IMG/VR virus record: IMGVR_UViG_2582580984_000003
DNA: 31,162 nt
Source of the DNA: a virus
Taxonomy: Duplodnaviria; Heunggongvirae; Uroviricota; Caudoviricetes
Strand: one strand, 5' to 3'
Position numbers and translations under genes: made by a program. Below are positions 1-10,399 of this stretch, piece by piece. A model generated the notes under the pieces. The model did not search any database and was not told the origin of the DNA. It saw only the letters and a program-made list of their open reading frames with translations. Position 1 is the first letter of the stretch; each line of letters begins with the position of its first letter.

Positions 1-59
1 AAGGTGGATGAACCTGCGTATCATAACAATATTTACAGAAGATAAATCGGCGTCTGTTG

Positions 60-659
60 TCAGAAACGGTATCCGATACCAACAATAAATGCATCCGTTC
101 GCCAGTCGCCACTACCGGAACCTTCATAAGCAAGGTCAATGGTCACGGATTCGGTCGGGTTAAACTGCACGCCAGCCCCCCACGCCAGAGACGTGTTGCT
201 GTGGCGACCGTCATCACTTCCGGTCAGCACATCGTGCGTTTTCCCCTTGTTGTCAGTTACGCGGAGATAATCCCCGGAGAAAGTCGATACACGGCTGTAA
301 GCCACACCCGCCATCGCATACGCGCTGAACCATTCATTCACGCGTACAGACGGCCCCGCCATCACGCTGAACCAGCGGTTACGCACGGAATCTTCATGCC
401 AGCGGGTATCGCTGTAGCGCGTTTTTTGCTCATCCTCAGCATTGGCATAACTGAAGGACGTAATCAGCCCCAGCGCGTCCGTAAACTCATAACGGTATTT
501 CACGTTAATCCCGTTCAGATCATCACTACCGGGAACGTTCGTCGAGGCATGGAGATACCCCGCGCTCAGCGTGGACTGATGTTCTGCTGCACTCGCTGGC
601 GTAGCAGCGGCGACCTGCCAGACTACTGCGGACAAAATAACAGCACATAATTTACGCAT
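60..659 (-). CDS. lom: Lom-like outer membrane beta-barrel protein (Ail/Lom/PagC family)
   Basis: 199-aa ORF with ATG at 659..657, signal peptide MRKLCAVILSAVVWQVAAA and C-terminal aromatic residue (..GIGYRF); sits directly downstream of J as in lambda. Confidence 0.85.
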   Translation of the reverse strand: MRKLCAVILSAVVWQVAAATPASAAEHQSTLSAGYLHASTNVPGSDDLNGINVKYRYEFTDALGLITSFSYANAEDEQKTRYSDTRWHEDSVRNRWFSVMAGPSVRVNEWFSAYAMAGVAYSRVSTFSGDYLRVTDNKGKTHDVLTGSDDGRHSNTSLAWGAGVQFNPTESVTIDLAYEGSGSGDWRTDAFIVGIGYRF

Positions 660-680
660 AATTACCTCTAGCTTTTCTGC

Positions 681-708
681 AATAAAAAAGGCGCCATTTC
701 TGGCGCCC
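681..708 (-). terminator. Intrinsic terminator-like hairpin downstream of J
   Basis: Minus-strand GGCGCC-AGAAAT-GGCGCC stem-loop followed by TTTTTTATT, between the J stop and the lom RBS. Confidence 0.5.
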
Positions 709-726
709 GTATCTGGGTTATAAAAT

Positions 727-3700
727 TCAGCTAATCGTGATGCCTGCAGTGGCTTTCTTCATCACCACAACCAGCAAATCGCTGATACTTGCTGTGGGAT
801 ACCAGTTATTTACCAGCCATGCTGACACCGAAAACTCCAGTGTCATGTGACCGTGACCGGCAGGCATATCAATAACACCACTGTAAATCAGCGTATTATC
901 CAGCGCGGTACGGTTATAAATTTCAGCACCGTTTTTCCGCACTATCAGACGGCATGAGGAGTAAATATCAGTATGCTCTTTCTCATGTTTAGCGCCGCTG
1001 AATGCCACCGCCGGAATAACAATCTGCCGGTCAAACGGCTGATCGTCATAAACCCTGACGGTAATGGTTCCTGATGGCCACCGCTCCGGTGCACGGGAGT
1101 CCCGGGGGAAAGCTTTGCCCACTGTTTTAACGAGATCGCCTTCAATCTGGTTCGCGGACAATTTTCCCAGAACCCGGCAGTTCTCGTTAATCGTGACGTT
1201 GTTGAGCGTCCCGGAGTTCGCATTCACGTTACCGCTGATATCGGCATTTTTCGCCGTCAGCCGCCCGTCCGGTGTCAGGGAAAATGCCGGAGGATTACCG
1301 CCGCTGGTAATGGTGGGAGCCGTCAGATATTTCAGGAACACTTCATTCATAAATATCTGATCGCCCTGACCAACAAACATCGGCTTTGTGTTGCCATTCG
1401 CAGGATTAATCATCGCAATCCTGTCTGCCGCCAGCAGCACCTGACTCTGCATGCCGTCAGGGGTGTTTTCAATACCGGCACCAATACCCGCGATATAAAG
1501 GCGTCCGTCCTGCATCTGCTGCAGCTTCACAGCCCACATGCTGTTCAGGTTATTATTTGTATCAACCTGAACCTTCTGTATCTGCTGGATCGCTGCACTC
1601 TGGTCTTCCAGTTTCTTATTGACGGTCTGCGTGATTTCATTACTGACATCCGTGATGGACGTTCTGATTTCCGCCAGGTCAGGCGCAAGCTGACCGTTAT
1701 CAATCTGCGTCCACAACTCCTGAGCCAGATGGGTTTTCCCTATCTCTCCTTTGAAAAAATCCAGATAGCCGGATGCATCATCACTCGGCTGGCCAACAGC
1801 CTCCACGAATGCCGATTTGCCAACGGTGTTCACACTGCGGATGTAAAAATAATAATCATGGCCCGGCTTGATATTGATACTGGCAGCTATCCAGTACAGC
1901 GCCGTGCCAAGATAGCGGGCTGTGGTTTCAACCTGCCTGATATCCGCAATCCGCTTTTCCGAGAACCAGAACTCAAACTGTACCGTCGGATCATAAACCG
2001 CAAGATGCGGCGTGGCGGTTATCTGAAAATAGCCCGGCGTCAGCTTAATCCTCGACGGTGCTGCCGGTGCGGCAATCCGGAACGATACCGACGCCGGATC
2101 GCCCTGCTGCCCCCACGCATTTACCGCCCGGACTGTCAGCCTGTAGTTCCCCAGCGCCAGTTGCCTGAAGCGGTATGTGGTTTCCGCCGTCCGGGCCGTG
2201 CTGACCAGCAGCTCACTGCCGTCATCCGCTGCCACGGTCAGGCGAAGCAGGAAACTCACGCCCTTCACCACCTTCGGCGTGTCCCAGCGCGCCAGCACCT
2301 GATATTCCCCGCTGTCTGCGGTGACTTCGGCGGTCAGGTGCTGCACCGCTGGCGGCGTGACACCATTCACCGTGCCGCTCTGGTCGCCGTCAAAGTGCGC
2401 CCCGTTATCCACGATGGCCTCTTTTTCCGGTACATGCTGCACGGCGGTGATGGCATACGTGCCGTCGTCGTTCTCACGGATACTCACGCAGCGGAACAGG
2501 CGCTGGCGCAGCGTCGGCAGCTTCAGCCCCCACACGCTGTATTCAGCAACGCCGTCAGGAACACGGCTCACTTTTACCTTCACGCCGTCGGTGACGGACT
2601 GGACCTCCACGCTCACCGGATTACCCTGCCCGTCAACCAGGCTTATCAGCGTGGTACCGGAGGATGGCAGCGTGATTTCACGGTCGAGCGTCAGCGTCCG
2701 GGTCTGGCTGTTCACCGCCAGCACGCGCCCGCCGATGCTGATCCCCGCATAGTCATCATCGCAGATTTCAATAACATCACCCGGCACATGGCGAAGCCCT
2801 TCGGCACCCACGCTGAAGTCCACGGTCTGCGTTTCCAGCAGTTCCGTTTTAATCAGCCACAGCCCGGCGCGGTGTGCCTGCCCCCGGCTGGTACAGCCAA
2901 AAGCATCCATCTTCGTGACGTTACGACCGTAACGGGCAATGGCCTGCGTGTCCTCCACAAGCTCTGTTGCCGTCTCCCAGCCGTTATCCGGGTCAATCCA
3001 GTTCACCTCAACGGCATTATGGCGGTCTTTCAGGGCGCTGAAGCTGTAGCGGAACGGCGCGCCATCATCCGGCATCACCACATTACTGCGGTTATAGGTC
3101 CACACCTTATCCGACGGTCGGTCCTGCACGAACGTCAGCGTCTGCCCGTTCCATACCGGCATACAGCGCATCGCCGAGCAGAAATCACTGAGCACATCCC
3201 ACGCCTTACGCTGCGTGGTCAGCCAGGCATTACAGGTGATGCGCGGCTCCGTGCCGCCAAAACCGTCCGGCACTGACTGGTCGCAGTACTGGCCGATGAC
3301 ATACAGCGCCCATTTATCCACATCCGCCGCACCAAGACGTTTCCCCATGCCGTAGCGCGGGTGGGTCAGCATATCCCACAGACACCAGGCCATGTTGTTG
3401 CTGTATGCCGGTTTAAACGTTCCGTCCCAGATACCGCTGTATTGCCGCGTCTGCGGGTTATAATTCGACGGCACCTGCAGAATACGCCCGCGCAGATGAT
3501 AATTACGGCTCACCTGCTGGCTGCCGAACTGCTCCGAGTCCACCTGCACGCCGACCAGTGCCGTGTTCGGGTAGCACTGTTTCACATCGATAATTTCGGT
3601 GTATGACGACCAGAGCGTTTTGTTCTGCAGCTGGTCTGTGGTGCTGTCCGGCGTCATCCTGCGCATCCGGATATTAAACGGGCGCGGCGGCAGGTTATCC

Positions 3701-4206
3701 ACCACCACCGAGGCCAGATACTGTGAAGTGGTTTTACCCTTAATGGTGATGTCTTTTTCCGTCACCCAGCCACCGTTACGTTGTATCTGAACCAGCAGGC
3801 GGACTTCCGATGGATTCCTGTCCCCCTTTGAGGTGGTTTCCACCAGTGCCTGCACGCCGAAAGTAAAACGCAGACGGTCAATGTTTGCCGACGTGATGGT
3901 CCGGGTGATCGGAGTGTCATATTTCACTTCTGTACCGAGCACCGTCTCGGAGCCGGAGGATTCAAACCCCTCCGGCGGTGTCTGCTCCTGCTCACCGGCA
4001 CGGAACACCACCGTGACGCCGGATATATTGGTATTCCCCTCACTGTCCAGCACCGGCGTACTGTTCAGCAGCACGCTTTTTAATCTATCCACCGGACCTT
4101 CAACCGGCCCTTCGCTGATGGCATCGATCACACTCAGCAGCTGCGTGGACTTCAGGTTGTCCTTCGCTTCGCGCGGGGTATGCCCCTTACTGCTGCCTTT
4201 ACCCAT
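727..4206 (-). CDS. J: Tail tip / host specificity protein J (central tail fibre)
   Basis: 1159-aa ORF with ATG at 4206..4204 and GGAG RBS; N-terminus [40 protein letters not shown] as in lambda gpJ; position after I. Confidence 0.95.
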   Translation of the reverse strand: MGKGSSKGHTPREAKDNLKSTQLLSVIDAISEGPVEGPVDRLKSVLLNSTPVLDSEGNTNISGVTVVFRAGEQEQTPPEGFESSGSETVLGTEVKYDTPITRTITSANIDRLRFTFGVQALVETTSKGDRNPSEVRLLVQIQRNGGWVTEKDITIKGKTTSQYLASVVVDNLPPRPFNIRMRRMTPDSTTDQLQNKTLWSSYTEIIDVKQCYPNTALVGVQVDSEQFGSQQVSRNYHLRGRILQVPSNYNPQTRQYSGIWDGTFKPAYSNNMAWCLWDMLTHPRYGMGKRLGAADVDKWALYVIGQYCDQSVPDGFGGTEPRITCNAWLTTQRKAWDVLSDFCSAMRCMPVWNGQTLTFVQDRPSDKVWTYNRSNVVMPDDGAPFRYSFSALKDRHNAVEVNWIDPDNGWETATELVEDTQAIARYGRNVTKMDAFGCTSRGQAHRAGLWLIKTELLETQTVDFSVGAEGLRHVPGDVIEICDDDYAGISIGGRVLAVNSQTRTLTLDREITLPSSGTTLISLVDGQGNPVSVEVQSVTDGVKVKVSRVPDGVAEYSVWGLKLPTLRQRLFRCVSIRENDDGTYAITAVQHVPEKEAIVDNGAHFDGDQSGTVNGVTPPAVQHLTAEVTADSGEYQVLARWDTPKVVKGVSFLLRLTVAADDGSELLVSTARTAETTYRFRQLALGNYRLTVRAVNAWGQQGDPASVSFRIAAPAAPSRIKLTPGYFQITATPHLAVYDPTVQFEFWFSEKRIADIRQVETTARYLGTALYWIAASINIKPGHDYYFYIRSVNTVGKSAFVEAVGQPSDDASGYLDFFKGEIGKTHLAQELWTQIDNGQLAPDLAEIRTSITDVSNEITQTVNKKLEDQSAAIQQIQKVQVDTNNNLNSMWAVKLQQMQDGRLYIAGIGAGIENTPDGMQSQVLLAADRIAMINPANGNTKPMFVGQGDQIFMNEVFLKYLTAPTITSGGNPPAFSLTPDGRLTAKNADISGNVNANSGTLNNVTINENCRVLGKLSANQIEGDLVKTVGKAFPRDSRAPERWPSGTITVRVYDDQPFDRQIVIPAVAFSGAKHEKEHTDIYSSCRLIVRKNGAEIYNRTALDNTLIYSGVIDMPAGHGHMTLEFSVSAWLVNNWYPTASISDLLVVVMKKATAGITIS

Positions 4207-4227
4207 TCGTCATGCTCCATAAACGAT

Positions 4228-4248
4228 AAAACCGCCCGGAGGCGGTTT
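4228..4248 (-). other. GC-rich hairpin between I and J (AAACCGCC-TCCG-GGCGGTTT)
   Basis: Perfect 7-8 bp inverted repeat followed by a T-rich tract immediately upstream of the J RBS; possible attenuator or mRNA stability element. Confidence 0.3.
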
Positions 4249-4266
4249 CACATAAAACATTTTGCA

Positions 4267-4914
4267 TCAGCGACCAATCACCACAACCTGACCACCATCC
4301 CCTTCGTCTGCCGTGCTGATCTCCTGAGAAACCACGCGTGACCCCACGCGCATTTCACCGTACAGAACCGGCAGAACATTGCCCTGGGCAACCATGTTAT
4401 CCAGTGACGAGAAATAGGTGTTCTGTTTGCCGTTATCTGTACTGGCTGCCGTGGGCGTCCTGGCTTTCGGTGCCAGCATCTGCGCCACACCACCCAGGAT
4501 CATACTGGCCCCTGCTGCATACAGACCCGATACAGCCGCGGCCCCCAGCCAGCCAACAGGGTTCCACCATGCCACCGCAATCAGCGCCGCACCCAGCACC
4601 GCCTGAAACACACCGCCACTTTTGGCACCCGCCAGACGCGGAACGACGTGGATCACGGCACCATTTGCCAGCGGTTCATTAAGACGGGCAGATAATTCAT
4701 TTTCGCCTGCATCACGCCCGGAAATGCGCACCTGATACCAGCCCTCATTCAGTTTCTGGCGAAACGACGGAAGCTGTGTGGCCAGCGCCCGGATGGCTTC
4801 AGCCCCCGTTTTCACACGAAGGTCGATGCGGCGGCCAAATCGTTGTAAATCCCCGTAAAGGCAGATGCGTGCCATGCCCGGTGACGCCAGAGGGAGTGTG
4901 TGCGTCGCTGCCAT
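4267..4914 (-). CDS. I: Tail assembly protein I
   Basis: 215-aa ORF, ATG at 4914..4912; N-terminus MAATHTLPLASPGMARICLYGDLQRFGRR and C-terminus ..VVSQEISTADEGDGGQVVVIGR match lambda gpI as recalled. Confidence 0.9.
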   Translation of the reverse strand: MAATHTLPLASPGMARICLYGDLQRFGRRIDLRVKTGAEAIRALATQLPSFRQKLNEGWYQVRISGRDAGENELSARLNEPLANGAVIHVVPRLAGAKSGGVFQAVLGAALIAVAWWNPVGWLGAAAVSGLYAAGASMILGGVAQMLAPKARTPTAASTDNGKQNTYFSSLDNMVAQGNVLPVLYGEMRVGSRVVSQEISTADEGDGGQVVVIGR

Positions 4915-5555
4915 TTGTCGGTATACCTCTCTCGTTTGCTCAGTTGTTCAGGAATATGGTGCAGCAGCTCGCCGTCACCACAGTAAATGGCGGCATGATT
5001 CGGCACCGATGAACCAAAACAGCACAGCAGCACATCGCCCGGCTGCGCCGCTGACAACGGCACCTGATACAGCCCTGTGGCCTCCAGATTATCCAGATAG
5101 AGATTCTGACCGTGACGCCACCAGTCATCCTCGCGATGAAAATCCGGCATCTCAATCCCCGCCAGATGGTAAGCATCCCGGAACAGCGTGTAACAGTCCG
5201 TCACCCCGTGCTCAAAGCGCCGCCCGGTGAGATACGGCACACAGCGGAACTTGTGAATCGCCCCCCGGCAGACCAGCCACCACGGCAAATCACTCTGCAC
5301 CTGCAGCCGCCGGTCAGCCTCACTCAGCCAGGGCAGACCACCGGGATGACTGTGGACCAGTGCCACAATCTCACCCTGCATCTCTGCCTGCAGCCAGTCC
5401 TCCGGCGACATCCGGAAATACGCCTCCGGCTCACCGGAGATATTCACGCAGGGAAAATATCTTTCCCCTTCCGGCGTTCTCACCACGAAGCCGCACGACT
5501 CCGCTGGCGCACATCGCCGGGCGTGCGCCAGAATCGCTGATTCTGTCTCTGTCAT
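4812..5555 (-). CDS. K: Tail assembly protein K (JAMM/MPN plus NlpC/P60-like domains)
   Basis: 247-aa ORF, ATG at 5555..5553; JAMM motif HSHPGGLPWLSEAD (HxHx7Sx2D); overlaps the start of I as in lambda. Confidence 0.9.
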   Translation of the reverse strand: MTETESAILAHARRCAPAESCGFVVRTPEGERYFPCVNISGEPEAYFRMSPEDWLQAEMQGEIVALVHSHPGGLPWLSEADRRLQVQSDLPWWLVCRGAIHKFRCVPYLTGRRFEHGVTDCYTLFRDAYHLAGIEMPDFHREDDWWRHGQNLYLDNLEATGLYQVPLSAAQPGDVLLCCFGSSVPNHAAIYCGDGELLHHIPEQLSKRERYTDKWQRRTHSLWRHRAWHASAFTGIYNDLAAASTFV

Positions 5556-5560
5556 GGGAT

Positions 5561-6259
5561 TTACTGCGAAAGTTTGTTAATGGAAAGGAAGCCGCCAAAG
5601 TTGCCGACGTTATTGCGAAACTTACAGCCATTCAGGCATTTGCTGCATTTATCCTTCGTGATATCGGACGTCGGCTGATCATATTCATCCGCGACAGCCG
5701 GACCGTGATAACCGCACTCATCACCGCGATAGGTCCAGGTGCAGGTATTAGCCAGCATGATGCGCCCCGGAAAAACGGCACCATCCGTTTCCGTCGGTGT
5801 GGACAGTACAAAGGAGGCACTCACCGCACTCAGTTCGCTGCACTGCTCGATGCGCCAGCGGCTGATCACCTCCTGCTCCGGATCGGCGTCGCTGTTTCCG
5901 TTGACGAAGTTCACCGCATCCAGAAAACGGGCGTAAACCTTACGCCTGACCACCGTTCCGCCGACCAGACTCTGCAGGTCTTCCGCCATCCCGGTGACCA
6001 TGCCGTGCAGGTTAGAGACCGTCAGTGTCGGACGGGCAGCACTGCCCTTACCGTTCAGTTCAAATCCCGTCCCCTGAATGGGGTATGCCTGATACTGCCG
6101 CCCCTGCCAGGTGACCGGCTCACCTTTTTCGTTCTGCTCATTACAGAAAAAATAACGTTCACCACCGACCTCTGTCAGATCGATTTCCCAGAGCACCACC
6201 TGGGCTGACTGAGTGAGGCGTGTCGTCTCATGATGTGTTTCCTGTGGAATATCCTGCAT
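5561..6259 (-). CDS. L: Minor tail protein L
   Basis: 232-aa ORF with ATG start; sequence and position between M and K match lambda gpL; C-terminal Cys cluster (CSKCLNGCKF). Confidence 0.9.
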   Translation of the reverse strand: MQDIPQETHHETTRLTQSAQVVLWEIDLTEVGGERYFFCNEQNEKGEPVTWQGRQYQAYPIQGTGFELNGKGSAARPTLTVSNLHGMVTGMAEDLQSLVGGTVVRRKVYARFLDAVNFVNGNSDADPEQEVISRWRIEQCSELSAVSASFVLSTPTETDGAVFPGRIMLANTCTWTYRGDECGYHGPAVADEYDQPTSDITKDKCSKCLNGCKFRNNVGNFGGFLSINKLSQ

Positions 6260-6268
6260 CAGGGCCTC

Positions 6269-6598
6269 CTATGCCACGACCTGTTCAAAATCTGCCGTTA
6301 TGGTTACCCACAGCGCCCCCACGCTTGCCGACCATTTACGACAAACCACCCTGATCGGCTTCCAGTCATAAGGTGGCGTCCACTGAAATGCGCGGACGCC
6401 ACCGTGCCGTTCCAGAAAGGCTTTCAAAGATGGGTGTTCACATTTACGAACACGTATCGTCACGCTGTAAGTCGACAACTGGTTATTCAGTCCCGCCGCA
6501 CGACGCTGTTCATAACCATCGCCCAGCTTCACTGTCACCACTTTCGGCTCTGATACCACATTCATATCCGGGCGCACTTTCCAGTGAAACGTCTCCAT
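6269..6598 (-). CDS. M: Minor tail protein M
   Basis: 109-aa ORF; ATG overlaps the H stop (TAATG); lambda gpM-like sequence and size. Confidence 0.9.
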   Translation of the reverse strand: METFHWKVRPDMNVVSEPKVVTVKLGDGYEQRRAAGLNNQLSTYSVTIRVRKCEHPSLKAFLERHGGVRAFQWTPPYDWKPIRVVCRKWSASVGALWVTITADFEQVVA

Positions 6599-9500
6599 TA
6601 CCGATATGCTCCACTTAACCGACCACCATCACGGGCCTGCTGTTGCATAAAGTCCGCTGCCGCTTTTTTCCCAAGGTCATAAACCACCTTCAGGGCAGCC
6701 GGACCTATCTGCCCGTTCGTGCCATCGTTATTGATCTCGATGTTGTACTGCGGGGCAAACATCGCCATACCTGAACCACCAATATCCGCCACAACCCCCA
6801 GCTTACCGTCAGCACCACGACGCAGTGGCAGAATGGCTTCAGGTCCAGCTTCCCCCATCACACCCGCGCCTTTTGCAAAAGCAAAAAACGTCGGACGGTT
6901 AACCACCGTGCCACTGTAACGACTCAAATCAGCAGACTGATAAATCCCCCCATTGGCATTCAGGGAAAGGCTGCTGAGATCAAATCCCAGTACACTGCCA
7001 ATCCCTTTTATCGATTTCATCATGGTTGCCTGCGCCAGGATTTTCGCCATATCTGACAGCACAGAAGAGGTGAAGGATTTGAAATTGAGTTTGCCGGTAG
7101 TGACAAAAGTTGCCAGGCCATTTCCCATGTTGCTGAAGGCTGACGAGAACACCTGTTCTGCTGTTCCTGCCGTATTATCTGCATCCACGGTAAAATCCTG
7201 AAATGCACGCAGGACTCCGTTTTTCCAGTTACCCTGAGCAATTTCAAGCTGTTGCCAGTAACGGCGATTCTCATTCAGTTGTCGGTTCAGGCTCTCCGTC
7301 AGCGCCTGCTCGGCCTTTCTGTAGTCATCCGTGTTATATGTCCCTTTCTGCTCACTATCCCGCCTCAACTGCTCCAGCTGTTGCTGGTATTTCTGGCGAA
7401 GACTCAGTTGTACCTGATATCGCTGCCGCTGCTGATCACCCATACCCACCGTGGCGATATCCTGGTCATGTTGCTGACGCTGAGCGCGCTCTTCTTCAGC
7501 CAGTTGACTGGTCAGCTGAATTGTTTTTTTCTTCAGATCGTTGAGTGCCGTCTGTTTCTGAAGCTCCTGCTGTTTTACATCCAGCAGCGTCAGTGCCTGA
7601 ATCAGTTCATCTTTACGGGCCAGCACACTCTTTTCATCTGCCGTCAGTTTTTTCCCGTCCAGATCGCTGATGCGCTGCTGCAGAGCCAGAAGCTGTTTAT
7701 GCGCTTCTGTCATCCTGTCAGTGGCAATGCCTGCTGACTGTCTTGCAGCAGCAATCTGTCCTTCCACCTGTGCCTGTTGCTGGCTGTACTGCAGCAATAA
7801 CCGGGTGGCCTCATCATTACGGGTTTCGCGTGTTTTTTTCTTACCGGATGCCAGGGCTTTCTCGTAACGTTCATTTTCACGTTGTATCGCCGCATCCCTG
7901 ACAGCCTGATCGGCGTACTGCATGGCATTAATACGCGCAATTTCACGCTGATGTCGTGCAGCTTCCGTTTCATTCATCCGATTCAGTGCAGCATTTTCAG
8001 CATTACGGCGTTTCTGTTGCTCCTGATAATTCCGCTCTGCCTGCTCTTTTGCATCCTGCAAATCCTTCTGGCGTTTTTTCTCCTGAAGATCGTTAAGACG
8101 CTGCTGATCGTATTCAACCTGAGAAGATGATGCCGTCCAGGGGAGTCTTTTCGCCCGCGACACTTTCTCCTGCAAAGTGGCAATCTGCGCATCCAGCGAA
8201 TCTTCACGACCAATATTCATGGCCGCATCCCAGAAACGACTCCATAAATCAGACAGATACTTCAGCGTACTGCCCAGCGCATTGAGGTTATTATCAATAT
8301 CCGCAGTACGTCGACCGGTTTCCTCTGCCAGTGCAGACATGGCTATCCGTGCCGCATCACTGGACCGCCCCTGTTCCCCAAGGACGCGTATCTGCTCAAG
8401 CTGAGTGGCAGTAAGAAAATGCAGCTCATTGTCCAGAGCCTTCGCGGCATTTACAGGATCATCCTTCAGCCGCTTAAACTGACTTATGGTATCGCTGACC
8501 GACTGGCCAACCGATCGCTCCATCTGTGCGGCAGCTCTCGCCACCATACTGATATCGTTTCCACGAAATGCACCACTCCCCACCACCTGAGCCAGCGCAC
8601 CGACTGCAGCATGTTGCGTGATACCATTCCCGGAAATAGCACGACTGAGCGTCCACAGCTGCCCGGCAGTGACTCCGGCATAATGCCCCGTCAGCGACAG
8701 CTGGCGGTTAAATTCTTCCCCCTCCTTCTGACCGTCATACCAGGCTTTACCCAGACCATAGACAGCCGCGGCAATACCACCAATAACCCCGCCAAGCATC
8801 ATGCCTTTCGGTGACATCAGTGTGTCTATCCACCCGGCACGGTTAGCCAGCGTTATTCCGGATCCCCTCAGCGCACCTAAATTTCCGCGGGCCAGTTCAC
8901 CTATCAGAACGCCTATCTCCTGACGGGCCGCTGCACTTTTCAGACCCAGCGAATGCGTGGCTTTTCCTGCCTGCTCCATTTTGCGGATATACACTTCTGC
9001 AGCACTGCTTACCCCCAGCTGGGCAGCCCTGGCACGAAGCAACTCAGAAGAAGAAAGATTCTGGCGGGTTGCCTGCTCTTTAAGCTGACGGATAAACGCC
9101 ACTTTCTGTCGGGTAGCCTCTTCCTCAGCCTGTGTAAGAACACGGGTTTTCGCCGTAACCTCAGAAATCAGCGCCAGATAATCCTGCTGACCAATCCCGC
9201 CACTGTTTCTGGCCTGTCGGATCTGCTGCTGAATACGCTGTAATTCCTGCAGCCCCGCACTGGCCTGTTTCACACTGTCAATCTGACGATAAAACGCGGC
9301 AGCCGCTTTATCCTGAGCCTCCGCCAGAGCCATGGCCTGCGCCTGTTCCTCGCGTATTTTCTGGCTCAGTGCCTCCATACGCTGGCGGGTTTTCTCCACC
9401 TCGCGGGCCATGCGTTCATGAGCCTGTGCGTTCTTCTCCACCGTCTGCGCATGGACGGATGCGGCTGTTGCAGCCGAAGACGCCGCCTGCGTTGTCTGCC

Positions 9501-9663
9501 GGGCGGCCTGAGTCTGACGCTCCATAAAACGCTGCATACGGGCAGAAGACCGTTCTGCATCGCTGGCTGCACCATTCAGAAGGTTTTTGATACGGGGAAT
9601 TTCATTTTTAAACTCTGCCGCATCAATCCCCAAATCAATGACCAGGTTAGCTATCTGGTCCAT
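6598..9663 (-). CDS. H: Tail tape measure protein H
   Basis: ORF-track ORF is 1031 aa from a TTG; trimmed to ATG at 9663..9661, preceded by GGAGGTG (1021 aa). Coiled-coil Q/E/R/A-rich core; C-terminus NNDGTNGQIGPAALKVVYDLGKK..RDGG matches the lambda gpH C-terminal motif. Confidence 0.88.
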   Translation of the reverse strand: MDQIANLVIDLGIDAAEFKNEIPRIKNLLNGAASDAERSSARMQRFMERQTQAARQTTQAASSAATAASVHAQTVEKNAQAHERMAREVEKTRQRMEALSQKIREEQAQAMALAEAQDKAAAAFYRQIDSVKQASAGLQELQRIQQQIRQARNSGGIGQQDYLALISEVTAKTRVLTQAEEEATRQKVAFIRQLKEQATRQNLSSSELLRARAAQLGVSSAAEVYIRKMEQAGKATHSLGLKSAAARQEIGVLIGELARGNLGALRGSGITLANRAGWIDTLMSPKGMMLGGVIGGIAAAVYGLGKAWYDGQKEGEEFNRQLSLTGHYAGVTAGQLWTLSRAISGNGITQHAAVGALAQVVGSGAFRGNDISMVARAAAQMERSVGQSVSDTISQFKRLKDDPVNAAKALDNELHFLTATQLEQIRVLGEQGRSSDAARIAMSALAEETGRRTADIDNNLNALGSTLKYLSDLWSRFWDAAMNIGREDSLDAQIATLQEKVSRAKRLPWTASSSQVEYDQQRLNDLQEKKRQKDLQDAKEQAERNYQEQQKRRNAENAALNRMNETEAARHQREIARINAMQYADQAVRDAAIQRENERYEKALASGKKKTRETRNDEATRLLLQYSQQQAQVEGQIAAARQSAGIATDRMTEAHKQLLALQQRISDLDGKKLTADEKSVLARKDELIQALTLLDVKQQELQKQTALNDLKKKTIQLTSQLAEEERAQRQQHDQDIATVGMGDQQRQRYQVQLSLRQKYQQQLEQLRRDSEQKGTYNTDDYRKAEQALTESLNRQLNENRRYWQQLEIAQGNWKNGVLRAFQDFTVDADNTAGTAEQVFSSAFSNMGNGLATFVTTGKLNFKSFTSSVLSDMAKILAQATMMKSIKGIGSVLGFDLSSLSLNANGGIYQSADLSRYSGTVVNRPTFFAFAKGAGVMGEAGPEAILPLRRGADGKLGVVADIGGSGMAMFAPQYNIEINNDGTNGQIGPAALKVVYDLGKKAAADFMQQQARDGGRLSGAYR

Positions 9664-9964
9664 AACGCACACCTCCGGAAATACCTTCCCCAAGATGCAT
9701 CAGTTCTTCGTCCGTTCGCTCCGGTATCCCGTTCTCTTCCGGTAAAAGGCTGAAATCAGCCACCGCAGCATCACTGCTGCCGGACACCATTCTCACGATC
9801 AATGCCTTCAGCGAGGCAAACTGCGCATCCATCCACACATCACTGAAGCTCTGCATCCGGAAATAATCGCCCCACTCACCAAGCTCAGTGGCCGACATTT
9901 CCGACAGCATCCGCCGCCAGTCTGCCCGCCGGAACTCCCGGGCAAGCCGCATGACAAACTGCAT
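9647..9964 (-). CDS. T: T segment of tail assembly chaperone G-T (expressed by -1 frameshift from G)
   Basis: Open frame in the -1 frame relative to G, overlapping the G 3' end; slippery-like heptamer G GAA AAG (forward 9979..9985) lies just before the G stop; position between G and H as in lambda. Confidence 0.75.
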   Translation of the reverse strand: MQFVMRLAREFRRADWRRMLSEMSATELGEWGDYFRMQSFSDVWMDAQFASLKALIVRMVSGSSDAAVADFSLLPEENGIPERTDEELMHLGEGISGGVRYGPDS

Positions 9965-9972
9965 TTCCCGCG

Positions 9973-10362
9973 TCAGGACTTTTCCGGCGTCAGCACCTCA
10001 TGCTCCAAATCCCCGGCATTATCAATGGCCCCCATACCGCTCAGCGACAGAACCATCTCCGCCCCCGCACCCAGGGCATCATACGACCATGTTGTAATAA
10101 CGGATGCGTAAAGCGTCTCAACATCCTGAGACTGTTCCGCATTCCACAGTGAGCGGGAAACCAGCCAGGCATTGATATCCATCCCCATCCGCAGAAAAGC
10201 AATCTGTCGTTCAGCCTCCGGCAGTTCTCCCTCCCCGGCATCAAACTTTGCCGTTCGCTGCTGAACAAACGTCAGATATTCAATTCTCTGCAGCCCGGAC
10301 AGCTCACTGAGCACCACGGACTGTTTTTCATAATTAAACGTGTCCTGTTTCAGAAACATCAT
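9973..10362 (-). CDS. G: Tail assembly chaperone G
   Basis: ORF-track start (10401) lies inside a terminator-like hairpin; trimmed to ATGATG at 10362/10359 preceded by GGTGGAG. N-terminus MMFLKQDTF resembles lambda gpG MFLKTESF. Confidence 0.8.
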   Translation of the reverse strand: MMFLKQDTFNYEKQSVVLSELSGLQRIEYLTFVQQRTAKFDAGEGELPEAERQIAFLRMGMDINAWLVSRSLWNAEQSQDVETLYASVITTWSYDALGAGAEMVLSLSGMGAIDNAGDLEHEVLTPEKS

Positions 10363-10375
10363 GTTCTCCACCTGT

Positions 10376-10399
10376 AAAAAAGCCCCGAATAACCGGGGC
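10376..10399 (-). terminator. Intrinsic terminator-like hairpin between V and G
   Basis: Minus-strand GCCCCG-GTTATT-CGGGGC followed by TTTTTT, 20 nt after the V stop codon and just before the G RBS. Confidence 0.45.

Noticed and set aside
57-650. 197-aa plus-strand ORF overlapping lom
   Set aside because: It is the antisense shadow of the well-supported minus-strand lom gene and has no independent signals.
1729-3276. 515-aa plus-strand ORF inside the J region
   Set aside because: Antisense to J; Arg/Pro/Gly-rich composition is typical of reverse-strand frames in GC-rich coding sequence.
5360-6208. 282-aa plus-strand ORF overlapping K and L
   Set aside because: Antisense to two well-supported tail genes; no RBS or homology.
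7252-7737. Plus-strand ORFs inside the tape measure gene (and similar ones at 6719..9243)
   Set aside because: All lie antisense within H; low-complexity translations; no start signals.
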